50,310 bases of DNA from Thermoplasmata archaeon (GCA_046540335.1 JBKHFH010000004.1:1-50310), one strand, 5' to 3'. Shown: positions 1 to 9,820, counted from the first letter of the stretch. Notes: generated by a model not told the origin, from the sequence alone. Numbers and translations: made by a program.

Positions 1-1328
1 AAGCTAGTTTGTATACTATTGATCGTATCTAAAAAATTACCTAAATCTCTAGATCTTCTCAACTCATACAGGTGTCCTTTACACTTATTTTTATTTGTCT
101 CGCGTCGTTCTATTTCCTTCCCAAACCTATAGCCAATATTTGATGTTTTTTCATATAGATTTTTCTCTTCCATTTTATCCATCACCTCCAGATAGTCTAA
201 TATTATTTTATTCACAAAAGCTAATGTTCTCCTATTCTCTGAGATGTTTTTAAAAGTTGCTTTCTCTAATGATTTATAATCAATGGTTTTTTGGATTAAT
301 AATTTTTCAATAAATTTATTTCGATTGATTAGATCATCTTCATCCTTTATATTAGGCGCTAAAGATAGGAAAAATAATCTTGCTGTATTTTCACGGTCAT
401 CATTCCAGGTCTTAAATAGTTCCCATACTTCCGAAGAGGAGTCTAGATGGTCGATATCAAAATAGATTGTTTTATTCCCTTTTACATTTGCTCCTGCTAA
501 TATTATATTTATATTTGCTAAATCAATTTCTTCACTATCTAAACTAAATTCCGGTTTTTTTGAAAACTCATTTAAAGTTGCAAACAATAGTTCACCCGGT
601 CTAGATACGAATTTATACTTATTGAGACCTTTAAGGTTTGTATTATATTTCACTTTAAAACTTTTTCTAATCACATTATCTTTAAAAAACGTAAAATTCT
701 CTCTAACATCTGAATATATTACAAGCATATTCAAATAATCCGAATTCAAATTAAAAATCATGTTTGAATAGGCAGAAAAAAGTTTCATAGCACATTTCTT
801 ACAAATTTGAATATTTTCAACACCCCTAGGTCTTAAATTTTTAAATTTGTTTCTTACAATAGTAAAAGGATAAATGTATTGCTTTATATCATCAACCTTT
901 TTTTCCTCTTCACATAAAGTACAAATTCCATTTTTCTCCCCCCATTTATTCATACTTTTCTTGAGATATTCAGAGGCAATACCCTGCTTTTGATATACTT
1001 TATTTTCTTTTTCGTCATATATTACACCATTATCTAAATCATTTAGCTTTTCATTAGAAACATTTATCAACTTTCGGATATGAAATTTATTACGAAGAAT
1101 TCCCGAGAAAAGTTCCTTTGTTACGACCGTATAACCATTATAAGCTTCTCTAGTGGTAACTAAATCTTTTTCAGAATTATACTCTTTTATTTCTTTTTTG
1201 AGGATCCAGGAATTAATAAAATCTTCAAAATTATCATTGAACAATTGGTAAAATTCCTCATCATCCATATCCTCTTGGTCAACAAACGAAAAGGCACATT
1301 CTCCAGATTTTTTCCATTTATTAAGCAC
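1..1328 (-). CDS. cas8: Type I CRISPR large subunit, Cas8 of the CxxC-CxxC (Cst1/Cas8a1/Cas8b-like) kind; 3' end runs off the window
   Basis: Manual translation gives an open frame from GTG 1328 (GGAGGT SD, overlaps the cas6 stop; alternative ATG 1268) to position 2 with no stop. It contains CTLC...CKKC zinc motifs and a helical C-terminus ([21 protein letters not shown]), and lies directly downstream of cas6. It is absent from the ORF track because it has no stop in the window. Confidence 0.8.
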   Translation of the reverse strand, partial: MLNKWKKSGECAFSFVDQEDMDDEEFYQLFNDNFEDFINSWILKKEIKEYNSEKDLVTTREAYNGYTVVTKELFSGILRNKFHIRKLINVSNEKLNDLDNGVIYDEKENKVYQKQGIASEYLKKSMNKWGEKNGICTLCEEEKKVDDIKQYIYPFTIVRNKFKNLRPRGVENIQICKKCAMKLFSAYSNMIFNLNSDYLNMLVIYSDVRENFTFFKDNVIRKSFKVKYNTNLKGLNKYKFVSRPGELLFATLNEFSKKPEFSLDSEEIDLANINIILAGANVKGNKTIYFDIDHLDSSSEVWELFKTWNDDRENTARLFFLSLAPNIKDEDDLINRNKFIEKLLIQKTIDYKSLEKATFKNISENRRTLAFVNKIILDYLEVMDKMEEKNLYEKTSNIGYRFGKEIERRETNKNKCKGHLYELRRSRDLGNFLDTINSIQTS

Positions 1329-2043
1329 CGTTCACCACCTCCACGCACCCGAACCCCATCGCATTCTTCTCGCCAAAGCCAGCTTCGTAGCCGAGCTTCA
1401 TTAGTTCTTTACTAGCTTGAATATCGAATTTCATCTCGTTGCACCTTCGGTAGTCACCTTTCACAGTATACCTTCTCTCCTTGTGATGGTGGATGTTAGT
1501 TATGTCAAAAAAGTCTTTCGATGGTTTCTCTCCGTAGTAATCCTCGTACCTATCGACTAAATTTTGATGTAATCTTTCGTAAAACTTCCCATCTGTCGGA
1601 TAAAGGTCCCAGTCTTTCAACTCGCCGTCCACTTTCCTCCTAGTCTTAACATAGATCGGCGATAACGTCTTCATGGTGCACTTCTCCGGAACGTCTTTAC
1701 CGTCCAGGATCTCCACCGACTTGACCATGAACTCCGAGTGACCCAACTCGAACTCAGGCTCCTGCAGCAATCCAGAAGCAAAACCCTCGATGAATTCTTT
1801 GTCCGGAGAGGTCAAAAAGAAATGAGCGTTATCGAACTGTAAGCCGTCGTTGGAATCACGCCTGTCCTCCAAACGAAGATTCGAAAAAGTATAGAACTTG
1901 TAACCGGTATGTGAATGTAAGAAATCCGCAAGATCACCATCCGCAGTATCCAATCTATCCAGCAGCATACTAGCTAACCAGTACTGGTAATCGTAACCCA
2001 GGGGCATATCAGATACCTTCTCCGTGGATATCTTCGCTCTTAT
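1321..2043 (-). CDS. cas6: CRISPR-associated endoribonuclease Cas6
   Basis: C-terminal G-rich loop [12 protein letters not shown]-terminal [10 protein letters not shown], and a TLSPI motif. The track start is ATG 2007, but the frame extends 12 codons to ATA 2043 ([11 protein letters not shown]), which has a GGAGG SD 8 nt upstream. Confidence 0.93.
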   Translation of the reverse strand: MRAKISTEKVSDMPLGYDYQYWLASMLLDRLDTADGDLADFLHSHTGYKFYTFSNLRLEDRRDSNDGLQFDNAHFFLTSPDKEFIEGFASGLLQEPEFELGHSEFMVKSVEILDGKDVPEKCTMKTLSPIYVKTRRKVDGELKDWDLYPTDGKFYERLHQNLVDRYEDYYGEKPSKDFFDITNIHHHKERRYTVKGDYRRCNEMKFDIQASKELMKLGYEAGFGEKNAMGFGCVEVVNGA

Positions 2044-2147
2044 CGGGGATCCCTCCTTTCAGCAAATATATTCGAATTATATATTACCTTCGGATTTTTG
2101 AGTCGAGACCCTCTCCTCCCATATCATGTCGATATACAAAAAAATAG

Positions 2148-2222
2148 TGGGCCCAGAGAGATTCGAACTCTCGACCTCCCGGTTATCAGCCGGACGCTAT
2201 AACCAACCTAAGCCATGGGCCC
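2148..2222 (-). tRNA. tRNA-Ile (GAT)
   Basis: Reverse complement GGGCCCATGGCTTAGGTTGGTTATAGCGTCCGGCTGATAACCGGGAGGTCGAGAGTTCGAATCTCTCTGGGCCCA forms a cloverleaf with anticodon GAT and a TTCGAAT T-loop. No encoded CCA; a T-tract follows. Confidence 0.96.
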
Positions 2223-2275
2223 TTTGGGTTTCAACTTATGAGGAAGGGGTAAATAAAATTTTCTTACAGCCTAGT

Positions 2276-2845
2276 TCACTGGCCTTCTCTGTACTTTTTC
2301 AGCGCCTTCATATCGTCTATCATAGTCTCCTTCAGGTTAGGATTGTATAGTCCCGCGGCGGGATGATACATCGGTATGATACTCCTGCCGTCGTACTCCA
2401 GTTCTTCTCCATGAAGATCGCCGATCCCGCTCTTCCCTATCAATGTTTCAGTTGCATGGTTTCCTAGGCTCACGATGACTTCCGGGTCTAATATCTCTAT
2501 CTGCTTCTCCAGATATGGATTGCATGCCTCTATCTCGTCTTTCCTCGGATCTCTATTATCGGGTGGCCTACACTTCACCACGTTGGTGATGAAGACCTCT
2601 TCCCTAGATAGTCCAGCACTTTCCAAAATTTCTTCGAGTAGTTCTCCCGCCCTTCCGACAAAAGGCCTTCCCTCGATATCTTCGTTCTCACCGGGAGCTT
2701 CGCCTATAAGCAGTATCGCAGGATCGTCGTCACCCTCTCCAGGGACCGCGTTCTTGCGATTTTCATGCAGTCTACATCTAGTGCAGCGTTTGACCTTTTC
2801 CGCGGTAAGATCCAATCCACCTGAAAGTCGCACCTGCTCGGCTAT
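2276..2845 (-). CDS. udg: Uracil-DNA glycosylase, family 4 (Fe-S)
   Basis: CxxC Fe-S ligands (CTRC), IGEAPG, PFVGRAG, NVVKCRPP and YHPAA motifs. The upstream part of the track ORF overlaps osmC and is spurious. Start is ATA 2845 or TTG 2815. Confidence 0.92.
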   Translation of the reverse strand: MAEQVRLSGGLDLTAEKVKRCTRCRLHENRKNAVPGEGDDDPAILLIGEAPGENEDIEGRPFVGRAGELLEEILESAGLSREEVFITNVVKCRPPDNRDPRKDEIEACNPYLEKQIEILDPEVIVSLGNHATETLIGKSGIGDLHGEELEYDGRSIIPMYHPAAGLYNPNLKETMIDDMKALKKYREGQ

Positions 2846-2847
2846 GT

Positions 2848-3282
2848 TTACACCTCGACATCCACGTCCACTTCTATGCCGTTCCTTATACTTTGGGTGA
2901 CCACGCAGTAATCTTCGAAGATATCCAGACACTTCTCCAACTTCTCCTCGTCCTCGCTTTCGATCTCCGGTTCTATCTTCACGTCCAACTTTGAAACTCT
3001 CAGCCGACCGTCTACTCTTTCGATCGTCCCTGTTACCTCTCCCTTCAAGGAATCTAGCTCTACCCTCTTCTTTTCCAAACAAAAAGTCAAGCTCGCCATC
3101 AGGCAGTTGAGAGAGGAAGTGGCCAACAATCGACTAGGATTCGGTCCAGTTTCGTCTCCCCCCGCGTTCTCGGATTCATCGGTGATAAGCTCTCCCATCG
3201 ACTCCTTGTCGAAATCCACTCTGAATCTATAATCCTCAAGTCTTTCCATCCCGATAGTAAATTCGGTCTTTTCTTCGCTCAT
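2848..3282 (-). CDS. OsmC/Ohr-like family protein
   Basis: GPNPSRLL motif, two conserved Cys (LNCL, YCVV), typical length of about 140 aa. Confidence 0.85.
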   Translation of the reverse strand: MSEEKTEFTIGMERLEDYRFRVDFDKESMGELITDESENAGGDETGPNPSRLLATSSLNCLMASLTFCLEKKRVELDSLKGEVTGTIERVDGRLRVSKLDVKIEPEIESEDEEKLEKCLDIFEDYCVVTQSIRNGIEVDVDVEV

Positions 3283-3322
3283 GGTTTATTCATGTATTAA
3301 GAACTTGATAACTTTTTGCCTC

Positions 3323-4327
3323 TTAGCCTTTCTTTTGTTCCATCAATCTTCTCATCTGTTCGATGTATTCTTCCTCATCCTCGGGAGGATGATAGAAATC
3401 CCGTCCGTCCTCGTACATGCAGTTCAAACACTCATCTATATCGAACAGTGAGGTGCTAAAATACTTCTCTCCTCCATCGGGCAAGAGCGTGACTATTGTT
3501 CCCTCATCCAACTCGGAAGCCAGCTGCTGCGATACGTAAGCGGCGGCTCCACATCTCATCCCGACGAAGAGTCCTTCATGAATCGCCAGTTCTCTAGCGG
3601 TGCAGAAGGCGTCCTCGTCCTCTATCGTCCTCACTTCATCTAATCTTTCGGGCTCGTAAACACCCGGGACTATGTCCTCCTCCATATTCTTCAGTCCTTG
3701 TATATCATAATCCTTGGTCGGTTCCACGCCTATCACTTTTATATCTGGATCATGTTCTTTCAACCTTTTCGAAACACCCATCAGAGTACCTGTAGTTCCC
3801 ATCCCAGCGACGAAATGGGTAAGATCGCCGTCCATATCTTCTATGATCTCTCGACCTGTAGTCTCATAATGTGCCCGGGGATTCGCGGGATTGTTGTACT
3901 GATCAGGTCTCCAATAATTCTCATGCTCTTCTACAAGCTCTTCAGCTCTACGTATAGCTCCGTCGGTCCCTTCCTCTTCCGGGGTAAATTCTAATTCCGC
4001 TCCTAGAGCGGTAAGCATCCTCATCCTTTCAACGCTGACTCCCTCCGACATCGTAAGGTGAAGGTGGTAATCTTTTACAGCACAGACCATAGCCAGCCCT
4101 AAACCCGTATTTCCGCTGGTCGCTTCTACTATAACGGTATCTTCATCGAGTTTTTCCTCTCGTTCCGCTTTCTCTATCATAGAAAGAGCCACCCTATCTT
4201 TCACCGATCCTATAGGATTGACCCTTTCCAGTTTCGCATAGATAGGAACTTCGGGATTGGGATTCGTCTTTTCTAGCTTTACCATCGGCGTTTCCCCTAC
4301 AACTTCTAATACACTTTCAACTCGCAT
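3323..4327 (-). CDS. cysK: PLP-dependent cysteine synthase family protein (CysK/CysM-like)
   Basis: NPIGSVKDR PLP-lysine motif, EATSGNTG and GMGTTGT motifs. Confidence 0.9.
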   Translation of the reverse strand: MRVESVLEVVGETPMVKLEKTNPNPEVPIYAKLERVNPIGSVKDRVALSMIEKAEREEKLDEDTVIVEATSGNTGLGLAMVCAVKDYHLHLTMSEGVSVERMRMLTALGAELEFTPEEEGTDGAIRRAEELVEEHENYWRPDQYNNPANPRAHYETTGREIIEDMDGDLTHFVAGMGTTGTLMGVSKRLKEHDPDIKVIGVEPTKDYDIQGLKNMEEDIVPGVYEPERLDEVRTIEDEDAFCTARELAIHEGLFVGMRCGAAAYVSQQLASELDEGTIVTLLPDGGEKYFSTSLFDIDECLNCMYEDGRDFYHPPEDEEEYIEQMRRLMEQKKG

Positions 4328-4412
4328 ATCTTGGATATAAGATATAACTCCGTTTTATCTTTTAGGGAGAGACAATAGGTTTTTTTGACACCGACTATGT
4401 TTACCCTCTTCG

Positions 4413-6314
4413 ATGAAGAAACTATTTCCATACAGCGCCCGGGAAAACCAGGAAGAGATGATGGACGATATAAAGGAATGTCTGGAAAAAGGCAAATCCA
4501 TCGTTTATCAAGCCGCGACGGGCTCGGGAAAGACTATCTGCGCTCTTACACCCGCTATTGACTACGCTAGAAAAGAAGGAAAGAAAATACTTTACCTGAC
4601 AAGGACCAACAGCCAGCAGAGGCAGGTCCTGCTAGAGCTTCGTGAGATAGGCGGTCACTACGGCCTCGGAGTTCAAGGGAGGAACAACACCTGCCTTCTA
4701 GCCGAAGAGGACGAAGAGCTGCAGGAAGGTGATGCGGAAGAACTCTCCAAGTACTGCAGTGATCGGAAAAAAGAGGTCCGAAGAGCGATAGACGAAGGAA
4801 AGGAACCGACCGCGTGTCCGTACTACGCCGGACTTCTCCAGATCGATCTGAAGGAAATACGGCCGTGGTTCGAGGAGAACGTTCCCACTGTGGACGAGAC
4901 CATGGATTTCTGCAGGGAGAGAGATATCTGTCCCTACGAACTCACCAAGGCGCTCATCCCGGACGCGACCCTGATCACCGCTCCATACATCTACTTCTTC
5001 CTACCGTTCATAAGAAAACAGCTGAAAGAATGGATGGGCGTGGAACTTTCCGACCTGATCGTGATCATAGACGAGGCGCATAACCTTCCGGACTACGCTA
5101 GAGAACTCTCCTCTTCTGAGATAGCCAAGATAACACTGGAGAGAGCAAAGAAAGAGAGCCACGAGTTCGACGATCCGGTTCTTCAGACCGATCATACCAT
5201 CTCTGAATTCTGCGATCTCTTCGAGAATATCATCCTTGACACGGTGAGGGAATTCGTCGTCGAAGAGGACGGTTTGATCCCGCCGAGCGAGATCCGGACC
5301 GAGCTGCTGCATTCGTTAGGCATGAACACCAATCAGTTGAAGGGCATAATAAAAGACCTGAAAGTGCAGGGCGAGATAGTACAGGAGAAGAGGAGAGAGA
5401 ACAAAAAATTACCGCGATCATATATCAATTCACTGGCTTCTTTTCTCTCGTTCTGGTTCTCCATTGAAGGAGAAGACTATATCAAACTGATCAATGGAGG
5501 GGAAAATCCGAGCTTAGAAGCTTTCTGCCTGGACCCTAGCAACGTCACTTCGATACTCAATTCCTGCCATTCCAGCATCCATCAATCCGCCACCCTGGAG
5601 CCTCTCGACGAATATCGTGACTCTATTGGCCTTCCTTACGATACAGTCTTAGAAACTTTTCCAAGCCCGTTCCCCGAAGAAAACAGCGTTCTGTTCTATA
5701 CTGATAGGGTGACTACAAGACACGAGGAGATGAAAAGAGGAGACGAGATGAAAAGAAAACTTAGAGATGAGCTAAATTCTATCTTGGAAGGACTCGATAG
5801 AAATACGGTCGTCTTCTTCCCGAGCTATCGCCTGATGGATGAGATAGTGTCTCCCTTAAAAAGTGATTACGAGAACGTTTTCACCGAAAGGCGGGGTATG
5901 AAGCAGTCGGAACTGATGGGGATGGTGAAGGACTTCAAGGAAACCGGCGGCATACTCTTCTCCGTCATTGGCGGCAGGGTCAGCGAAGGGATGGACTTCC
6001 CGGGCAAACAACTGGAGGTCGCGGTCGTTGTAGGCATACCTTATCCAAAACCCACCGCAAAACAGAAAGGATTGAAGCATTACTACGACATGAAGTTCAA
6101 CAAGGGCTGGGAATATACTGTCAAAGCGCCTGCGGTGAGGAAGATATTACAGGCGACGGGAAGATTGGTCAGGAGCGAAGACGATCTGGGGGCATCAGTT
6201 ATCCTAGATGAGAGAGCGGTACACTTCAAAAAATATCTAGAGAATCTGCAGCTCGTAGATGATGTGGAACTTGAAATCAAAAATTTCTTTGAGAAGAGGG
6301 AACAAACTTTATAA
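4413..6314 (+). CDS. xpd: XPD/Rad3-family Fe-S DNA helicase
   Basis: Walker A ATGSGKT, four Fe-S Cys, DEAH box, SATL, SEGMDFPG and QATGRLVR motifs. Confidence 0.93.
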   Translation: MKKLFPYSARENQEEMMDDIKECLEKGKSIVYQAATGSGKTICALTPAIDYARKEGKKILYLTRTNSQQRQVLLELREIGGHYGLGVQGRNNTCLLAEEDEELQEGDAEELSKYCSDRKKEVRRAIDEGKEPTACPYYAGLLQIDLKEIRPWFEENVPTVDETMDFCRERDICPYELTKALIPDATLITAPYIYFFLPFIRKQLKEWMGVELSDLIVIIDEAHNLPDYARELSSSEIAKITLERAKKESHEFDDPVLQTDHTISEFCDLFENIILDTVREFVVEEDGLIPPSEIRTELLHSLGMNTNQLKGIIKDLKVQGEIVQEKRRENKKLPRSYINSLASFLSFWFSIEGEDYIKLINGGENPSLEAFCLDPSNVTSILNSCHSSIHQSATLEPLDEYRDSIGLPYDTVLETFPSPFPEENSVLFYTDRVTTRHEEMKRGDEMKRKLRDELNSILEGLDRNTVVFFPSYRLMDEIVSPLKSDYENVFTERRGMKQSELMGMVKDFKETGGILFSVIGGRVSEGMDFPGKQLEVAVVVGIPYPKPTAKQKGLKHYYDMKFNKGWEYTVKAPAVRKILQATGRLVRSEDDLGASVILDERAVHFKKYLENLQLVDDVELEIKNFFEKREQTL

Positions 6315-6337
6315 GATTGTATAGCTAAGGTATCAAT

Positions 6338-6994
6338 ATGCACAAGACAACTGAGGTAGACATGGAAAAGAACATACTAGAAGAGAACGAGAAGATAGCC
6401 AAAAAGAACAGAGAGATGTTCGAAGAGAAAAGTGTCCGTGCTTTCAACATCCTCGGAGCGATAGGTTCCGGTAAAACATCACTGATAGAAAGATTGAAAG
6501 AAGGCATGGACGAAAGAGTCGGTGCTTTAGCCGGAGACCTGAACGGCAAGGACGACTACGAGAGATTCATTGAGAAAGGCATCTCGGCGGCTGCGATAAA
6601 CACGGGTAAGGACTGTCATCTCGACGCTCACTACGTAAACCACGGCCTTGAAGATTTAGATCTGGGTGATCTAGATTTTCTTTTCATCGAGAACGTCGGA
6701 AACCTGATCTGCCCGGTCGATTTTCCCCTGGGTACCGAAGCCGAAGTAGTGGTAGTATCGGTTACTGAAGGCGACGATATGATCCGGAAACACCCACTGA
6801 TATTCTCCAGAGCGGATCTGACCGTGCTCAATAAAGTCGATCTAGCGGATGCGATGGACGTGGATATAGAGACCATAGAAGAGGACTATCGAGAAGTCAA
6901 TCCACACGGAACTCTGATAAAAACGAATGCAAAAGAAGGGTTAGGTGTTGATAAGGTAGCTGATTTCCTAGATATCCCTTACTCTGATCGATAA
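6338..6994 (+). CDS. hypB: Hydrogenase nickel-incorporation GTPase HypB
   Basis: GAIGSGKT, CHLDA, ENVGNLICP and NKVD motifs. Confidence 0.93.
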   Translation: MHKTTEVDMEKNILEENEKIAKKNREMFEEKSVRAFNILGAIGSGKTSLIERLKEGMDERVGALAGDLNGKDDYERFIEKGISAAAINTGKDCHLDAHYVNHGLEDLDLGDLDFLFIENVGNLICPVDFPLGTEAEVVVVSVTEGDDMIRKHPLIFSRADLTVLNKVDLADAMDVDIETIEEDYREVNPHGTLIKTNAKEGLGVDKVADFLDIPYSDR

Positions 6995-6996
6995 TT

Positions 6997-7845
6997 TCAA
7001 TTTATTTTATCAGCCAGGAGCGGCGCTACCGATACTTCACTTTTCTCCTGTTCTATAGTATCTGTACAGAATACTGAATCGCATGCACTCTCCAGTCTCT
7101 CCTCGGCATCTTCCACGAAAAGTCCATGAGTGCAGCCCGCGTGCACTTCTTCAGCTCCCGAATCTTTTAACTGCTGGGCCGCCTCGGTCATCGTCCCTCC
7201 CGTAGCTATTATATCGTCGAGTATAACGGCAGATTTGCCTTTCACGTCTATATTCTTCGTTTTTATCTCCACCGTATTTGCGTCTATACGGTTCTTTTCA
7301 AGGTAATCCCATTCCAGCCCGACCGATAACGCCGCTTCTTTAACCATATCCTTGGCTCCCTCGTCGGGAGCAATCAATAGGTCTGGATCTTTCTTTTCTA
7401 GGGAGTGTTCCGCCATCCTAGTCATTGCGGAGATATTTTCCGCTGATATATCAAAAAAATCAACGATCTCTTCAGAATGAAGGTCAACACTGAAAAATTC
7501 CTCACACTCAATACCGATACGTTTAGCGAAGGCTTTCGCACTTATAGCCTCTCCTTCCTCGAATATTGTGTCCTGCCTCCCATATGCATAATACGGCACG
7601 ATGACTCTGATCGATCCAGCTCCGTTCTCTCTCAGAGCGTTCTGTATAATGAATAGTTCCAAAAGGTGTTCATTCGGATAGGTGGTCTGAACTATAGTGC
7701 AGTCCTCTCCTTCCACGTCGCCGTCCAGCTTCACATATATCTCTTTATCTGGAAATATTTTCGTTTCGACTCCTACGGTCTCAACATCAGTCCTTTTCTC
7801 TATCCTTTTGCACAGAAGTGGAGATGCGGGTCCTTTCACCAACAT
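6997..7845 (-). CDS. prs: Ribose-phosphate pyrophosphokinase
   Basis: FPDKE, PYYAYGRQD, APDEGA and DDIIATGGT motifs. Confidence 0.95.
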   Translation of the reverse strand: MLVKGPASPLLCKRIEKRTDVETVGVETKIFPDKEIYVKLDGDVEGEDCTIVQTTYPNEHLLELFIIQNALRENGAGSIRVIVPYYAYGRQDTIFEEGEAISAKAFAKRIGIECEEFFSVDLHSEEIVDFFDISAENISAMTRMAEHSLEKKDPDLLIAPDEGAKDMVKEAALSVGLEWDYLEKNRIDANTVEIKTKNIDVKGKSAVILDDIIATGGTMTEAAQQLKDSGAEEVHAGCTHGLFVEDAEERLESACDSVFCTDTIEQEKSEVSVAPLLADKIN

Positions 7846-7965
7846 AGGTCATCATCGATAGAATGAGTTCTACTAATTTATCTTTTTTGAGTCACTGTAC
7901 AGAAACTACAGCTCTCCGAAACCGTTTTATAACTTTCATGCAGTACTAAGGTCAGGTAAGATAAA

Positions 7966-8307
7966 ATGATGCCAGGCGGTGGAAACTCCAGACAGATGAA
8001 GCGCATGATGAAAAAGATGGGGCTAGAAAGCAACGAACTCGACGCTAACAAGGTCATCATAGAGACCGATGAGAAAAATCTAGTCTTCGATAATCCTCAA
8101 GTTGTCGAGATGGACATGAAAGGTCAACGTATGTACCAAGTGGTCGGAGAGCCAAGAGAAGAAGCTCCAGAAGGAGAGGTGCTCATACCAGATGAAGACA
8201 TAGAGATGGTAGCTGAAAGGGCGGGAGTCTCAAAAGAAGAAGCTAAAGAGGCCTTGAAGGAAGCCGAAGGTGAACCTGCTGAGGCTATAATAAGCCTTCA
8301 ATCTTAA
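7966..8307 (+). CDS. nac: Nascent polypeptide-associated complex protein (archaeal NAC)
   Basis: RQMKRMMKKMG N-terminus, NAC domain, and C-terminal UBA-like EDIEMVAERAGVS...AEAII. Confidence 0.93.
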   Translation: MMPGGGNSRQMKRMMKKMGLESNELDANKVIIETDEKNLVFDNPQVVEMDMKGQRMYQVVGEPREEAPEGEVLIPDEDIEMVAERAGVSKEEAKEALKEAEGEPAEAIISLQS

Positions 8308-8314
8308 GGTTTGA

Positions 8315-9820
8315 TCAAACAGCTTCCTCTATCCTCTCTATCACGAATGTTCGATCTAGCTGACTCAAAAATCTTCCTAATCTCGGTCCTTTCTTCTGTC
8401 CAAGTAGTATCTTGTAAAACGAGCGGAAAGCTTTGCCTTTAGCGATCCCTACTTCTTCCGCGGTCTGATGGACTAATCTATGGAGTACTTCTGGATCCCA
8501 CTCCTTATCTTTCATCTTTTTCAGATAGGAAGACAGGAAGCTCTTTTCCTCTTCATCTAGCGCAATATCGGGAAACTCATCTTCGAGTGAAAATTTCACC
8601 ATCTCCGGGGCGAAATTTTCCAGCCAATACTCCACTCTTTCCGCCCTCTCTTTGAAGCGCTCGAAATCTTCACTTTTATCTTCCTCTATCTGACCGGTTT
8701 TCTGAGCTATCTGCCATATCTTCTCCCTATCATCATATATCTGGACAAGATTCACTAAATGCCTGTAGGGTATCCGCTGAGGTTTTTCCGAAGGTGGGGA
8801 TCCTACCTGAGACAATTCATACGTCCTCATAGCTTCTTCATCTTCCCCGTCAAAATAGGCGATCTCACATTCATCATATTTATCCACTAGATCCAATAGA
8901 CCTAATGTTGGATCAAAATCTATATGTGTTCGAGGTTTACTACTGATTATAAGATATCGCAGAACCTCAGGAGATACCATATTTAGGCCTTCTTCAGTCT
9001 TTATCGCAATTCCTGAGGAGGATGACATCGGACCCTCGTTTTTCAGCTGGATCCACTCGTAAACCACCGGATGTGGTGCATCACCTTGCAATACTTCCTC
9101 GATTATCCTTTTGCCGGTATCCCAGGAGCCACCGGATGCGGAGTGATCCTTTCCAAAGGGTTCACAATCAACATCTAAAAGCCACCATTTCGCTGGCCAA
9201 TCGCACCTCCAAGGGAGTTTGCCGTCATCTTTCCTTATATCGGCTTTACCTTCATGGCCGCAGCTGCACCTGTATTCCACATAAGGATCGTCAAAACCCA
9301 GAATTTCACTATCAACCATACTGCCGCATTCAGAGCATCTTGGATTGTAGGGAAACCAGTCTTCTTCGAGCTCCCGGCCAGTTTCTTCCTCTATTATCTC
9401 AGATACCTCTTCCTTTCTCTCTATTATGATCCTATTGGCCTCTTCAAATTCGCCTTCTGCATACATCTCATGTGCGTAAAGAACTTGGACGTCAACTCCT
9501 AGCTCTTCTATAGTCTCCAAAAAAGGTTCCATAAAATGTGCTGCATAATTTTGGTGGTCCCCACATGGACACGGGATATCGCTCAGAGGTTTACCTATAT
9601 GATCTTCAAAAGATTCGTCCAAAAAAGGATAAGACCGTCTTAAAGGATCAAATGAATCCACTATCAACGTCAGATCTCCATCCGAAGCTCTGGAAATAGC
9701 TTCACCCGTCAATATCTCTCTGATGTGACCGAGATGTATTGGTCCAGAAGGTGTTTCCCCTGTATTAACTAAGGGTTTTTCGGAATCTATTTTTTCTGCT
9801 TCAGCGTCTGCCCAATGCAT
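8315..9820 (-). CDS. lysS: Lysyl-tRNA synthetase, class I
   Basis: MHWAD start, TPSGPIHLGH, EPFGKDH, MSSSSG and GPRLG motifs. Confidence 0.96.
   Translation of the reverse strand: MHWADAEAEKIDSEKPLVNTGETPSGPIHLGHIREILTGEAISRASDGDLTLIVDSFDPLRRSYPFLDESFEDHIGKPLSDIPCPCGDHQNYAAHFMEPFLETIEELGVDVQVLYAHEMYAEGEFEEANRIIIERKEEVSEIIEEETGRELEEDWFPYNPRCSECGSMVDSEILGFDDPYVEYRCSCGHEGKADIRKDDGKLPWRCDWPAKWWLLDVDCEPFGKDHSASGGSWDTGKRIIEEVLQGDAPHPVVYEWIQLKNEGPMSSSSGIAIKTEEGLNMVSPEVLRYLIISSKPRTHIDFDPTLGLLDLVDKYDECEIAYFDGEDEEAMRTYELSQVGSPPSEKPQRIPYRHLVNLVQIYDDREKIWQIAQKTGQIEEDKSEDFERFKERAERVEYWLENFAPEMVKFSLEDEFPDIALDEEEKSFLSSYLKKMKDKEWDPEVLHRLVHQTAEEVGIAKGKAFRSFYKILLGQKKGPRLGRFLSQLDRTFVIERIEEAV

Noticed and set aside
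1279-1317. ATG 1317 as the cas8 start with a frameshift in the A6 run
   Set aside because: An in-frame GTG at 1328 with a good SD explains the gene without invoking slippage.
2126-2350. 74-aa ORF, plus ORFs 17454-17780, 17506-17694 and 42735-43151
   Set aside because: These are shadows of the tRNA genes they overlap.
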